64,000 nt of DNA from Balamuthia mandrillaris (GCA_031835245.2 JAVKOQ020000016.1:186001-250000); one strand, 5' to 3'. Positions 27,001 through 40,137 are shown, numbered from the stretch's first letter. Notes: a model not told the origin generated them from the sequence alone. Numbers and translations are program-made.

Positions 27001-30000
27001 CATCCATTCGTTCGTCATTCACCTTCTCCACCGCCACGCAGCACGGCACAAAACCATGACAAAAGAGGAGGAAGAGGCTTTGCAGCTGGTTCGCAAGGCA
27101 TTGCACCTCTACCATGACTTTCGCCAAAAACAACAGTTCAACCAGGTGCTCCAAGTTCAGAGAGTAAGCATGCCATCCTTTGGTTTTGTGGTCTTGTTAA
27201 AGGGTAAATATAGTATTGCCTCTTGCTAACATTCAGTCTTGTACAAATATCTTAAGGAAAGAGCAGCTCTACCCATCGCCCAATATCGAGATAGCATACT
27301 AGATGCTGTTCGAAACAGTTCTGTTGTTATTCTTGCCGGAGATACTGGTTGTGGTGTACGTACAACTTAATCTGAAAAGGAGTCGCTGTTACTTGGAGTT
27401 GGAGATGCTTACCTCCAAATGCCTCACAACACAGAAATCTACACAAGTTTGCCAATTCCTTGCGGAGGGTGGCTTTGGAAAAATAGCATGTACGCAACCA
27501 AGACGCATGGCTGCTATGTCCCTCTGCAGAAGAGTGAACTATGAGAGTCTTCACGTGCGTTGAAACCTCTCTTCAACCGTGACCTGCCATTCAATAACTA
27601 ATGTGGTGGTGCCGTGGTAGGTAGCAAGCGACGCCCATGTTGCCTATCAAATACGGTTTGAGTCTTCCAAGAGTCCCAATACACATATCCTATTCTTAAC
27701 AGAGGGAGGTAAGCTGTTTGACCAGACTATTTTCGAGCTCTTGGTATTTTCTTTTCCATATAGTTATTTGCTCACACTTTCGATTTAAAGTACTGCTAAG
27801 ACAGCTTGCTGAAGACCCTTTGTTGATGAGATATGATGTCGTGATCGTAGATGAAGTACACGAAAGACACATTCATGCTGACTTTCTGCTAGGCGTGCTT
27901 CGCGCCTTGTTAATGAAACGACCAACTTTGAAACTAGGTAGGTGAGACACTTGATTTTTTTTTCCTCTCTTGTATTTTTATTTTTATGAATATTTTATGT
28001 TCTTTTCAGTCGGTTTGTTAAATGTTTAACGTTATTGGACGTGCTTTACAACTGTTATTAAGTGTTGATGTCGGCAACAATCAATATTGAACTATTCATG
28101 GCAAATTTTGAGGGAACACCTGTTGTACAAGTATGTGGTACAAGTACTTTTACAGAATTGGTTTCTCAAACTAGTGATCAATACGAGTAGGTTCCTGGAA
28201 GAATGTATCCTGTTGACGTGAATTATATCCCTTTACAAGCTGATGAAGAACTTCTTCGTGGAGAGGAAAGACAAGCACAAGGTACCATTGGCAACCCTGG
28301 AATTCCCTCGTTTCGGGTCTGATTCTTTTCATTTGTTTGCTTTAAGGTGGGTTACCTATAGTGCAAAGCGAGACACCCATAGAACCGGGCATCTATTTGT
28401 CCATTATAGAGAGCATTGATGCCCAATACCCGCCGTCAGAAAGCGGTGACCTTCTTATATTTGTGAGTGGTATGTCAGACATTTTGACGCTTATGGACGC
28501 CATTCGACCGTACGCTGCTCAAACTAGAGGATGGATTGTACTACCGCTCCATTCGGCCCTTTCCATGGAAGAACAAGACAAAGTTTTTGCAAAGGCAGAA
28601 GCTGGTGTCAGAAAATGCGTAATTTCCACTAATATCAGCGAAACTGCGCTTACTATCAGCGGCATTCGCTTTGTAATCGACTCTGGTAATTTTTCTCCTT
28701 CGCTTTGCTCATAAAGTAGACACTAACCCTCCACTCTCTTAAAAGGTAAGGTTAAAGAAATGGGGTATGATCCTGAAACAAAGATGTCATCGCTGCAAAC
28801 ATACTGGATTTCGAGAGCATCTGCCGAACAGCGCAAAGGAAGAGCAGGTAGGACTGGGCCAGGCGTATGTTTCCGCCTTTACTCTGAACGGGCAATGCAG
28901 CACTTTCTTCCTTACGGCATTCCAGAAATACAACGCATTCCATTGGAAGAAACATTGATGCATATGCTAGCCTTGGGATTAGGTGATCCGAGAGAGGTTT
29001 GTATAATAGTACAAAAGCCTTCTTCTTTGAACGATGGAAGAATTTTTGGATAACTAGCTTACTCTCGTAGTTTCATTTCATTGAACGACCTTGTGAGGAA
29101 CGGATTGAAGCGGCCCTATCAAGCTTACAGCAACAACAGCTGCTTCAATGCAATGGCGGCTTGTCGGTGGTTCAAACGGGAGACTTGCACCTTACTGCGA
29201 TGGGTCAATTACTAGCTCGCCTTCCTGTTGACATTCCCATTGGCAAAATGCTGGTTCTTGGAGCAGTACGTACCCACTAATTTTTATGAGATGCCATATA
29301 AAGGAATGCTGAGACTGGACCAATCATTTGTCGAATAGCTCTTCCATATTATAGATCCAATTTTAACTATAGCAGCTGCACTAAGTGTGCAGAGCCCGTT
29401 CATAGCTCGTGCTAAATCATCATCACTGCCATCACAATCAGGGGTATGTCGCTCTATGTACCCGCGCTCAACTCGGCTAATGTGCCCACTTGTCTTCCCA
29501 CTAAACGATTATGATTACTGAATATAGGAGCGTAGCAGCAGTTTTGCTTCTCCTCATGGCGATGCTTTCACGCTCATGAATGTATTCGACGAATGGATAA
29601 TCACAAAAGCCAATCCGAAATTGTCCTCCAAAAAATGGTGTAGACAACATGGCTTGGAAGAACAAAGGCTCTACGAAATGGTTGCCGTAACCTCTTTATT
29701 TATTGATTGATTTATTTTTAACACTCTTCGCCTTGCTAACTGTTGTCAAATCAAAGGCTAAATTGAAGCAACAGTTCAAAGATACTCTGTTAGAGAGTGG
29801 CATACTTGACAAAAAAGAGATGTCAGAATTGAGACAAAGTGATGAAGTGGTATTGCATACAAATAGACATCACAGAAGAAGACAACGTCATCGCCCTCCT
29901 GCACGTCAAAACGCGTACGCGAGTAAAAAGAGAGACAACTTGCAAAGAGCACGAGAACGGAAGCAGAAAGACCGCATACTTAGTTTCGAGGAGGAAGAAG

Positions 30001-31406
30001 ACATTTCAGAGGCCGAACAGAACGAAAAAACAAAGGCAACCCAACATGAAGAAGTGATAGAGGAGGAGCTAGACGTGCTACACTGGGACTTTTTGCTGCG
30101 ACATGATATGAGTGAGTTGGTGGAACAATCGTGCAGAGAATTGACGCTAAGGGATGTTAACCTCATCAAAATCATTATTGCTTCAGGTATGGTTTATTTG
30201 TCCTTTCTCCAAGTTTCATCCCTAAACAATTGATAATAATAGGACTCTTTCCTCATTTTGCTGTTGGAGACGAAAATAATGCGAGCCTGAAAGAAAGCGA
30301 CCAGATTTTTCACACCAAATGGAAGCAGTTCTTGAAGTTGCATCCTACAAGCGTATTCTATGGACAAGCGTTGCAACTCATTCGACCTGCCGATGTTTTG
30401 TGCTATGTTAAACTGTTGGAGACAAACAAGCCCTATCTTACCAACATCATAAGAGCACCATCACTGCATTCCCTCCTACTCTTTGCCACTCAAGGTTGCC
30501 TCTTTTCCACTAGCTATTTGCTCTTTCACTAACTTTTGGTTGATTCAGTGGACACTAGTTCGGATTGTTCCAAGTTTGTCATTGACAATTGGCTGCAGAT
30601 TGAATTCTCACAGCCTAAGTACGTTCCTGTTGCGATTCTGGCGCGCGTATCAATCAATTTGTGACTCACTCTTTGTTTTTACAGATGGGGAGAGAAGGTG
30701 CTGTTGGTGGCCAATCAACTTCGGGTGCTTTTGAGAAACCTGCTTCACCACCGACTGTTTTCTGCTAGCGCTGTCACGAGAGATGATGCAGCTTTCTACA
30801 ATAAAGCAACGTTGGCATCTCTTCCCGAGGAAGTTCAACATAAACTCCCTTCCATCATACTTCAAATCTACCATGAGAGTACAAGATATGATTGGCTTTG
30901 TGAAGCTGACCAGCTTGCTAGCAAGCTTGCCGACTTTTTGGATACCTCTGTTGAATTCACTCTTTCTAGAGTTAAACCAACTGAGTTGACCACTCTTGTA
31001 CGCCCTCTCTCCTTTTTTTTTTTTTTGTTAAAGCGACATCCAAATTGTTTGTTAAAGTTTGTACGAGGAAACGAGGGCAGCAGTGTAAGCCATGCTCCTG
31101 TCCAACCAAAAGATGCCATGCAAGAGCTCGAAGGTAAATCTTTACCCAAAGTAGGTTGTTGCACTTACACATATGTTTTTACCCGCAGCATTGCAACTTT
31201 TACAAACAGAAGGATTGGAAAACACCAAGGGTGGTGTGCGCATTAATGAGTATCTTCAATATGGCAGTGTAAACATTACCCAAACTGCATTAGTAGGTTT
31301 TTCACCCCATCTGCGCAAACACTGGAGATGCGAGGTTTGTGGTAGGAACCTGATAGCAACCCTACAAGACGTTGCAGACCATCAAGCAAAATGCAACCCT
31401 TCATAG
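21054..31406 (+). CDS. DHX34: DEAH-box RNA helicase DHX34 (NMD factor); exon 1 interrupted by a copia insertion
   Basis: [51 protein letters not shown]2/OB-like region and C-terminal CEVC..H..C finger. Exon 1 rejoins as [13 protein letters not shown] once the element and one TSD copy are removed. Confidence 0.88.
21454..21730 (+). repeat. 5' LTR (277 bp, TATAAG...TAATA)
   Basis: Direct repeat of 26272-26547; contains TATAAA. Confidence 0.97.
21835..26289 (+). CDS. Copia Gag-Pol polyprotein (1484 aa)
   Basis: Zn knuckle [14 protein letters not shown]; protease [20 protein letters not shown]; integrase [34 protein letters not shown]; RNase [25 protein letters not shown] order. Confidence 0.98.
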   Translation: MSTKKAHDLFTGDNWQYYRQKIKNALHRHNLYDYAKNEVPLIKKPERDSEDFEATNKKYKEQQQTLGKVTYIICKQLDETKIGQYAHLPPHEIWKKLNDLYNHQDAFTIGITMAELNELTFDYDNFPLFLNKFDEIIDRLNKLGLNFDETARNSLLLGKARKYLHCIKGVQFANDPGIVRKLFMSEWSQQKASTNADDTAFQHRTNGNNNNNNNGNNGINHNNHNNHRHNDYRRGNNKHHGRGRYSRGGRGRGRGQRQYHNQQPNQDGKHCDFCNTHTHNTSDCRTMKKAADKLAAIEAAADATANMATTNTNTSSSSSQTNKDFCPWYIDSGASRHMSNKQDWFSSLRTHSPSKIFLGDNYAVPAIGTGTIKLQTNRGYNIAIDNVLYAPDLANNLVSVAALTDRGNQVLFKGNFCYVIDQKGETVATATKKNGNYPLTNFNIINNEQNTAYMATQLPPSTNLTTLWHRRLGHININSLRKLPQIVSGVTLGRHDFGTCIACITGKQHRTKINRAPAPRALSKLQLVHTDVCGPMQIPSIGGSRYFVTFTDDYTRKTWTYFLKNKNEVTTKFIEFAKLVTNQTGLTIKAVRSDGGGEYFGYQFKNALIQRGILHQRSAPYTPEQNGVAERKNRSIVEKALCLLQQAHLETRFWAEAVRMATIILNHVGTKALRADLTPEEAWTGIKPNLSHIHTFGCTAYALTPKSLRKKFDPHSTKCIYIGPAEDAKAHRLYRLETNRFFTSRDVTFIEDDFPFAPNQEPKPSEEDDEPYYSDTDTDTSTDDDSDTSSDSGDETPTPFVFEQDTNYLEANDELPEDIEHATTDSEDTLTSNPPSSEEIAEPGGASPSPSYILPSAAPAPKTTKRFAKRLKSATKSTKNPRQPKKRNVTWNMPLARTFNKSTTTATTTPTAQTERRYPLRSRTPSRKALEAAQALACITPQNRFTPRNYSEAISCPEASLWNDAMDSEVDSLTSNGTWILVPPPENEDINIVDCMWIYKIKELADNSVDKYKARLVARGFTQKYGIDFFDIYSPVAILTSIRTVIAYATLHGYRLHHLDFVTAYLNAKLKQKIYMRQPPGYVDPQHPNWLCLLQKGLYGLRQSARKWNKTVHKEILAIGFYQSEADPCIYVKVEGGEIIILALYVDDVLLAAKTTKAMEPTKKQLSKAFKMKDLGEAKYILGIEIQRDYENKRTYLSQQKFISDTLEKYGMTNAKPSVTPLVPHERLAKRLPNEPKIDSNIPYQGVIGSLLWIMRGTRPDIAAALSQLTRFCSDPSKHHWAAAQHTLRYLKHTQNTCIVYDGNAPNADRLIGYTDADFGGKEKKQKSTSGYGFTLCGGPISWSSKKQSDIALSTSDAEYVAACHATKEAVWLRQLLKDLKLPQQGPTELFEDNQTAIKIAENPIIHDRSKHIDVKYHYVRQKVKRKEVKLIYVPSGENIADAMTKSLAGPLLRKHMASFGLSQPPDQPNRDKPNIEGEYKNTQ
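26272..26547 (+). repeat. 3' LTR (276 bp; lacks the terminal A of the 5' LTR)
   Basis: Same sequence as the 5' LTR by eye, but ends TTTAAT immediately before TSD GTGGC. Confidence 0.95.
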
Positions 31407-31771
31407 CTGCTGGTCTACCTCTTTTGTGAATAAACAGACTCTTTTGTATTGCTCATATGGTCTTTTGTTGTTGTCTGCTTCCTCTGTCATCATTTCTCTT
31501 TCTCTATCTCTTTCGTTTTATGTTGTCTTTACCCTTTTGTTGTTTCTTTTCGTTAACTCTGGAAGTAATGAGGTGCCAAACACCTGCTGATCTTCTTCTA
31601 GGCATGGTTTATGGTACAACAAAAATAATAAGTATTTGACAATCTCCACATGATAAAACCACAAGCAAGAATGCTCAATATGACGAACGAAAGGCTTTTC
31701 TCTCCATCAACAACACGCCCGATGCCATCACAGTAGTGATGCTGCTGATGGCCAGAAAAGGGTTTTTGCAT

Positions 31772-31922
31772 TTAGACTTCTTCATCATCTCCCAGTTCGA
31801 ACCCGTCACCCAGTGCTACTTTGAGGTCACCATTGGAGGCTGCTCTACCTCCTGGGCCAACACCTACAGTCACAATGTCAGATGAAGACAACAATCCGCT
31901 TGTGTGCATTCGCAAGAGCACA

Positions 31923-31964
<42 letters not shown>

Positions 31965-32553
31965 GAGCAAAAGTGAGAGCGCAACAGACCTTCAGCTAAG
32001 AAGTAAATGGTGGAAGGCCAATCAGAGCCAAAGCCGCTTTCGACTTTCAACGTGCCTTCCTTGAGGTTAACGTGTAGGACAGCATTGTCAGTGCTGAGAG
32101 GCACTATTTTGCCGCTCTTGTCCTTCTCTTGGCAAAGAGTTCCGATGCCGTTATCGAGGTGGAGAGTCAGCTGCTCTCCTTCTTTTGTGGCTTGTTTGAT
32201 GTTGAAAGAAGCTGACCGGTAAGTATTATCCTCACTTTCCATAATGTGGTCATGGGAAAGGATCACTTTCACTGCGGTTTCATTTGCTTCAGAGGGAGTA
32301 GCACCGGCAGCACCGCCATCCTCTTCATCGTCGAAAAGAAGTTCATCGGCGGGTTCTTGGGCGAGAAAGGACACCCTGAAAAAGTCTGTGTCGCTTTTTT
32401 CCTTCGGCTCGAAGTTCTTGCCCACCAATTCACTGACTACAGCTAAAAGAACGCACAGACAGAAGGTGGGTTAAGGTCGGTCAGCAATAAAGACCTAATC
32501 CCGTGTTGGGCTTTCTTCTCTCTTTTTCCCCCTCCAACGAGCATACCTTCCAT
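31772..32553 (-). CDS. Hypothetical acidic protein (3 exons)
   Basis: ATG GAA G|intron|CT GTA gives MEAVVSELVGKNFEPKEK...; second intron contains (CT)n; ends GDGFELGDDEEV*. Confidence 0.6.
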
Positions 32554-33103
32554 GCTTTTACACAACAAAGAGCAACGGCTATTGCCGCCGTAACAAAAAT
32601 TTCTCTAAAACCAAGATCGCGCCTGCTTACAAAAAAAGCATTACAGCGTAGTAAGAGGAGAGCAAAAGCAGAGAGTTGGTCAGGCCACTTGCACGGAAGA
32701 ACAAGCTGCTCCACCGCTATCACCCAACCTACAAAAAAGAAGCAAACGGTACAAACCAAACGACAGGGCAAAACAACCGGTCAAAGCGTCAAGCAAGAGT
32801 TGCGAAAGGGAGGTGATGGTAATGCTCCCTGCGGGCTAGCCCTATTTCGCGGGTTTGGTAATGCAAGACAAGAAATGTGGCCTGCGCCCATTGCGTCCTC
32901 ATTATAGGGTCAATTTTAGGGTATTGGGAATTTCGAAGAAAGTCACGCTAGCATTGGCTGATACGTTTTTTCTCCGAAATTCTAACTCCGAAAATCATTT
33001 GAAGCGCCACCTTGTTGGATACTTATGGCCTGAATTGCCGTCGACATGGCGCTCCAACCAAGCTTGGTAGCCAAGAGAGAAAAAAATAAGCCAAGAACCA
33101 AGC

Positions 33104-34740
33104 ATGCAACCTCAGGAAGGGAGGCGTGGACTGTATCCTCCTATCGAACCGTATAATACAGGCAGGCTCAAGGTCTCCTCCCTCCATGAAATATACTACG
33201 AGGAGTGTGGCAACCCAAATGGCAAGCCTGTGGTTGTGGTGCATGGCGGCCCCGGTTCGTCCCTCCCTCTCTTCATGCTGCTAGCTTCCTCATCGCTCCA
33301 TTCTTCTTCTTGTTCTTCTTCTTCTTGTTCTTCTTCTTCTTGTTCTTCTTCTTCCTCCTCCTCCTCCTCTTCCTTCTTGTCTTTATTCTTCTTCCTCTTC
33401 TTCATGCACCCTCTTGTTCACCAATGCTGGTTGTGATAGGAGGTGGTATAGCCCCGTATTACCGCCAGTACTTTGACCCTGAAGCTTATCATATCATGTA
33501 AGTTGTGCGTTGCTTCTTTCGCCCCCATTTACTCTCTTTCCCCGTAGCGGCACACTCACTCACCGTCTATCTATGCGTGAATTGTTAGCCTCTTTGATCA
33601 AAGAGGAGCGGGTCAGTCCCTTCCATTTGCCTGCTTGGAGGAAAACACGACATGGGATCTGGTAAGCGACATGGAAAAGCTGAGAGAACACCTTGGTATT
33701 GACACTTGGCTCTTGTTCGGAGGAAGCTGGGTTCGTTACCTCCCTCTCTGTCGCTGTCACATGCTTACTTTTCATGGGTTCTACTCGTGTCTAACTGTCC
33801 CTGCCCGCTGCGTTTTATCCGCCCAAAAACGACAGGGAAGCACGCTGAGTCTGGCCTACGCTGAGACACATCCAGAGAAGGTGAAGGGCCTCATCCTGCG
33901 TGGCATTTTCACTCTGAGAAGGAAGGAGCTGCTGTGGTTCTACCAAGGAGGTGCCGATTTTCTGTTCCCTGACAGCTGGGAAAAGTACATTGAGCCAATC
34001 CCAGAAGTGGAGAGAGGGGACCTTATGAGCGCCTATTATCGTCGTCTTACTGGCAACAATGAAGAAGAGAAGCTGGCCTGTGCCCGTGCTTGGTCTGTTT
34101 GGGAGATGAGGTTTGTAAACCACTCTCTAGCTTCCTTCCTCCTTTTTGCTACCATCCACCATCTGGTGATGACCTTTTGCTTCTCTTTTCTTTTATTAAG
34201 TACTTCGCGTCTATATGTGGATCCTGAATACATCAAACGAGCGAGCGAGGATGATAAGGTTTGTTCGCTTTTGATTTGCTGTATTCCACCCCAGGGGATT
34301 AACTAATTCTCTGTGCTATTGGCCACGAAAGTTTGCACTGGCCTTTGCCAGAATAGAGTGTCATTACTTTGTGCACGGCGGTTTCTTTCACAAAGAAGGG
34401 CAGCTCATTGAGGATGCCCACAAGATAGCCCACCTCCCAATTGTCATTGTGCAAGGGCGTTATGGTACCTTATAACCTCACTTCACCTCCTCCACAACAC
34501 TGCCTGCCTAACATTACAATTTTTGTTCAGACGTGGTGTGCCCTGCCACCACAGCTTGGGAACTCAAAAAGCAGTTGCCCTCTGCCAAGTTCCACTTCGT
34601 ACCGGATGCGGGTCACTCCGCCAAGGTCCCATCTCAATTTACTTCATGCTTAAGTTGAAAACTAACGGCTTTCTCGTATGCAGGAACCCGGCATTATCCA
34701 TAGGCTGGTGGAAGCCTGCGATGAATTCAGGACATTATAG
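33104..34740 (+). CDS. pip: Proline iminopeptidase (S33 family), multi-exon
   Basis: LYPPIEPY, IYYEECGNPNGKP..HGGPG, FDQRG.G.S, NTTWDLV.D.E.LR, FGGSW-GSTL, LILRGIF, ARIECHYF, VQGRY and DAGHS. Confidence 0.95.
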
Positions 34741-34966
34741 CAGGCTAATTGTCCCTTCTCCACCATCAATAAAGCTGGAACCATCACACACAAACGCAAA
34801 CATGACCGCCCAAAAAAGAGCAAAAGCGGGGAGAAAGAGAGAGAGCGCGAGAAAGGAGAAGAAAAGAGGATAAGAGAGAAGAGAGAAGCAGAAGAAGAGC
34901 AAGAGGAGAAAAAAGAGAGGGTTTATGTACTCAGAGCAAGCGAACAGTTTATTGTCACCAAACAGT

Positions 34967-35540
34967 TTATTCTTTGGCAACCTTCTCCTGGGGTCTCTCT
35001 GTCCTGGGCCTGCGGGGCCTATCCTGTCGGGGCTTCCTATCTCCTCTTGCTCCTCCCCTGAAACGGAGGGGACCCTCGGGGGCAGGAGTAGCAAGAACGA
35101 TGCCAGGAAGATCACCCATGCCGAGAGAACGAAGCAGAGACTTGGTGTCGTGATCGACGCTGATGGAAGGCAAATCGATAGCGGAAATTTCGGGAACGTA
35201 GTTGTCCTTCCTTTCACGCTCCTCCTCCTGCAGCTTGAAGGAGATTCCACGAACGGGACCCTTCTCAATCCTCTTCATCAAGTGGGTCACGAATCCAGCA
35301 ACCTTGTTGCGAAGGCGCTTGGAGGGAATTACAGCCACTTCCTCCACGATTTTCTTATTGGTATCGAAGTCCATGGTAAGACGGGGGTAATACTTCTCAA
35401 TGAGAAGCTTGGAAGCTTTCTTCACGGTCTTTGTCCTTACGCGACCCTACACATCGACAACATCAAAAACGCAAGTTCAGCGATGACAACACCACCACAA
35501 CCAACATGGGCTTGAAGGAGCGAAGAGGAACACGCACCAT
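34967..35540 (-). CDS. RPS17: 40S ribosomal protein S17 (eS17)
   Basis: ATG|intron|[49 protein letters not shown]. Confidence 0.97.
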
Positions 35541-35913
35541 TGTGACTGAGAGGAGAAAGTCTTGCTCTGAGGGATGACCGGCGGAACTTGGCTCTTTTTA
35601 CTGGTGCACTGGGAAAGGAGAGCAAAAAAAAAATAAGCAAAGGGGGGGAGGATGGGGGGGTTGGCGCTGCTGTTCCATACCTTAACCCTCGAGTCGAACT
35701 CGTTTTCAGGACGACATGAGTATCAATAAAGGCAAACGCAAAACGCGAAAGAAAGAGTGTGTGTAGGGAACAGTGGCTGAGGCTGGCGGCGCAAAGATCA
35801 TATAAGATCTAAGTGCAACAAAAAAAGAAACAACGAAATAGTCTTTTGGGCCAATGAGCGTGTTTCAAGGCATTCTAGGCGCCCTTTTTTCTTTTTCATT
35901 CTATATAGAAAGG

Positions 35914-37000
35914 TCATAGCTCAGAAAGAATCTCAACGTAATTGGCAGGGAAGGCGCCCTTTGAACCATCCGGCAGGGTTCCGCTCCACCATTCAGCACC
36001 TTCCTCACAGGAGGATAGCTCTACAATATCGCCTTGTTTCAGCCGTAGCTCGCTCTCGCTTTCGGGCTCAAAGTCAAACAGGGCTTTGGCTTTGCGTCCT
36101 TGTGAGCCCTCTGGGGAGTTGATATCTTCTCCTTCTGCTGCTGCTGCATCGTCCTCCGCCGCCTCCTCCACAGAACCTTTGCTTTGAGAACCAGCAGCCA
36201 GCAGCATGATATAGGAGGTAGGAACCATGCCTATGACTCCCTTCAGTTCGACCTGGGTCCATTCATCATGGGGGTCATCAGCAGGCTGCGGATAAACCTC
36301 GATGAGGTCACCAGCCTTGACGGTGAGCTCGCCCTCGTTCTCTGCTTCAAAGTCAAAGAGCACGCGAGCTCTTCCAGAGGTAGGCGTTCCTTTAGCGGGC
36401 GGCTTCCACGCGATGGAGCCTCGAGAGCTGGTAGGAATGCTGTGAGTAGAAAATCGGGTCACTCTCTTGCTTGCCTTGCTGCTTGACTGGCGCGTTGGTG
36501 GGGCGTTCATTTGCACGTAGTTTGCCGGGAACACGCCAAGCACTCCGTTCAGCTCCCCACTCCACCATTCTTCGCCTTCTTCGTAGGTTACCAGCTCAAT
36601 GACATCTCCTGTCTTGAAAGCAAGCTCGTTCTCTGTCTCTTTTTCAAAGTCATAAAGGGCCACCGCTGTAGGCACGTAATAGGACGATGCCACAACAGGT
36701 GATTGAGGTTGCTGTGGCGGGCTTGCCCCGCCTCCTTCTGCTCCTTTCTGCTCTGGTTGCTGACTATCATCGCAAGTTACAAAGTTGTAGGGCAGGATAC
36801 CTATTTTGCCTCCACTTTCGCCTTTGAACCACTCTTCATTTACTTTCTCCAAGAACGTGACGCTGGCTCCTGCCTGGAAGCTTAGTTCCTCCTTTGACTG
36901 CGCAGTAAAATCGTACAGAGCCCTGTAGATTTTTGCTGTTGTTGTTGTTGGGATGAGCGTATTGTTCAGTGCCTTTAAAAAAATATCTTTCCTTTCCTCC

Positions 37001-37040
<40 letters not shown>

Positions 37041-37207
37041 TCTCTTTCTCTTTCTCTTTCTCTTTCTCTTTCTCTTTCTCTTTCTCTTTCTCTTTCTCTT
37101 TCTCTTTCTCTTTCTCTTTCTCTTTCTCTTTCTCTTTCTCTTTCTCTTTCTCTTTCTCTTTCTCTTTCTCTTTCTCTTTCTCTTTCTCTTTCTCTTTCTC
37201 TTTCTCG

Positions 37208-37249
<42 letters not shown>

Positions 37250-38210
37250 CTCTCTCTTTCTCTTTCTCGTTCTTCTCTCCTATATTCTCTTTCCTCTGCA
37301 CTTTGTCTTTAGAAGCTTGCAAGAAGGAAGGGGCAGTTGGATACCATCAGTGGCAGCGGGCAGCTGCGTCAATTCCTCTTTGATTTCATTCCTTCGTTGC
37401 TTGAGTGCCTCAACAGCAGCCCGGAGCTCTTGCAACTCCTGGTCGGTGGTGCCTTGTTGGGCCTTGTTGTTGGCATAAAAGCCGATGAGCTTCTCCAAGC
37501 CGTTGATCATTCGCCGCTTCTTTCTGAGCTTGTTCCGTATGTCCTCCAACTCCTGCAACAGAGCCTCTCGCTGTTCCTTTGGAGAGAGAGGCGTCTCTGC
37601 GTCTTTCTTGGCGGTCTGTGGAGCGGCGTCCGTAAGAGAAAGATTCTTGGTCCTAAGGAATTTAAGCCAGTCGCCCAAGAGCTTGACCCAGTAGGTTCGT
37701 TCCTCGGGCTTTGCCGCTTGCAGCACATAATTTCGGCCGGGAGTGACCAACACGAAGCCCGTTTTGCTGCGTGCCACCTCCTCAACACCTTGCACCGTTC
37801 TCAGGTCAATGAACCCCAGGCTCTTTTCGCTGGGCCGTTTGGAGTGGTAGTAGTGTAGCTCCCATGGGGCCTCGTTTCCTTTTTGGCTGAAGTAACGCCG
37901 TTTGTAGGTTTTGATGCCCACAGCGCCTTGCTTCAGCAACCAACCTTTGAGCTTGCCGGGTTCTTCTGCCTTTTAGGGTTGTTGCGAGTTTGGTTGTTTT
38001 CATAACAGAAAAGTTTGAAAGGCGGGCGTGAGACAGAGGTTGAGGTTTGGTTTTGGTGGTGGTGGACAACATAATAACAACGCCAGACCACCACTCTCCT
38101 TCGCTTTGCAAACAAACGGAAGTCCCTCCGCTACCTAGAGTGGTAGGCAGGCTACTAGGGAGAAAGAAAAACAACAAAAAAGCTCAGAGAAAGAGAGATC
38201 ACATTACCAT
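35914..38210 (-). CDS. PH + coiled-coil (HR1-like) + four SH3 domain protein
   Basis: KGWLLKQG..YKRRYF..GFIDL..TPGRNY.LQA..W (PH domain); four ALYDF/LFDF..EL..W..G.FP.NY SH3 repeats. Start is tentative. Confidence 0.85.
37004..37270. repeat. (CTTTCT)n/(CT)n intronic microsatellite
   Basis: Visible tandem repeat. Confidence 0.95.
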
Positions 38211-38489
38211 CTTTGCTTGTGTCCTTGCAACAACGAGCTTTCTTGGTCTAGGATTGCTTTTGGCAGGCACGAACAAGGCAATTAGCAAGGAGGCCAACGA
38301 GGCTTGCCCTCTCCCCTTCTTCTTCCGTTATCCGCCTGCTAAGTAGTACTACTGTTGGCCTCCTGCCTTGGATTTTATTACCCAGTTTTATTAATCATGA
38401 CGACACGAATATCTAGCTCAAAAAAAAATCCCGCATGACACATGAGACAAGCTTCCAAGCACGAGAATATCCATCGTAGAACGTTGATG

Positions 38490-40137
38490 TTAAGTAGGGT
38501 GGTGGTGAAGATTGTTGGCTTTTTCTTTCTCTTGTTGCTTGAGCATGCGCTTGTACTGGTGCTTAAAGTAGGAGACGTGATTGGGATGTACATTGCCTCC
38601 AATGTAGTTGGCGATCTTGCGATTGCTAGTTGGGCCATAGCCATACTTCTTGAACGCAACTTTGAATCGTTCGATTTCCTCAGGTGTCCAAACGTGTCGA
38701 CTTTGAGGATCGTTACGGTAGCTCCTTTTCTTCTTTTGATCCGCAGAGTCCATGTACTCGTTATACCGTCGCAGTACTTCTGCATCCTTTTCCACGGATT
38801 CTGATGTGCCAACAACTGAAGAGTTAGCGTGACTTAATAAGGTTTGGCAGAGATATCACAACACATGAATAACTCACCTCCACTTCCAGACCCATGCTGC
38901 CGCGCAAAGAGATGAGAGAGAGAATGAGAGGAAAAGGAAGAATAAAGAGAAGAGAAGCTAGCGAACCTTGCAATATTTCTCATTGTTTGTGACAACCTGA
39001 ACCACATGCTCCACTAACCGCTGATAGGCATCTATAGAAAACATAAGCATGTTGGCAATTCTCATTTGAAAGAAGAAGAGGATGAAACCTGGACTACCAA
39101 ATGTAGCTATATCTAAAGCACTTGCTACCACTAGGTTTTGTACTTCGTAGATATCATAATAATTCTTTTAAGAGTCGCGATAAGCTTCTCCAACGTAGCA
39201 TGAATAGAAAGCGATGAAACAACAACATGGGACTTGGGGAACTACCTGCTGGGAGGCTGGCAAGGCCTTCATTACATCATTGAAAATGTCTGGAAGTTGA
39301 TTGATTGGTGCTGCACTAAGTGTCTGTATCCTCGTACCGCTCTTTCTTTTTTTCTTTTGTTGTTTCTTTGAGGGTGCTGTTATTAAATGAAGCTTGTAGG
39401 GAGAGGAGAGGACAGGAGAGCAGAGGAGAGGAAGAAGGAAGAAGGAAGAAGGAAGAAGGAAGAAGGAAGATAAATACCTGTGGCTTTGTTCTGGTGGGAG
39501 GACAGCGGCCGCTTGCTCCCCCTAACTTGCTTCTCTTCTTGGGAGTGGGCACGAAACAGTCCTCCTCTTCTTCTAGGTCCTCTTCTTGTTCTTCTTCAGG
39601 CACAAAACTTGTGTCAGCCTCTTCTCCTAGTTCATCTGCTACCTCAATCACTGTGGTTTGAGTGATTTGTTGTTGTTGCCTAAGGCGTGGCCTTCCTCGC
39701 TTTGGTGGAGCAGCAGCAACCTGCATTGGTTCCTCGTATGCAACGTCTGTGGCCTCCTTTTTCTTTCTGCCCCGCCTGCCCTTGCCTTGTCGTTGAGGCT
39801 TCTGCCCGGCGGTGAGAGCAGTGAGTTCGGAATGTTCTAGGGTGGAAGCTCCTTCCGTTTGTTTCTGGTTATCAACAGCAACATAAACTCCTTCCTCTCC
39901 GCCGGCAGGCGCTCCCGCCTCTCCCGCTTCCTCTCCGCCGTCATAGCGCACGAGGGAGAGTTTCCGCAAGCGCCGTTTTCTTCCAACCGTCTTTGGCTCT
40001 TCAGGATTGTTGTGGTTGTTGGTGGCGGTGCTGCTGCTGTGGTTTGATTGCGGTTGAACGCCACAAAGCTTTTTGACGTATGCGCGGGTTATGCGAGTGG
40101 GATAGCCAACCACCACCACCTCCTCCTCCTCTTCCAT
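38490..40137 (-). CDS. AT-hook + C-terminal Myb/SANT-domain protein, multi-exon
   Basis: PKRGRPR AT-hook; WTPEEIERFKVAFKKYG...KIANYIG..V..F Myb-like repeat. Confidence 0.72.

Noticed and set aside
35447..35537. snoRNA in the RPS17 intron
   Set aside because: The intron is only ~90 nt and has no properly placed C/D or H/ACA boxes.
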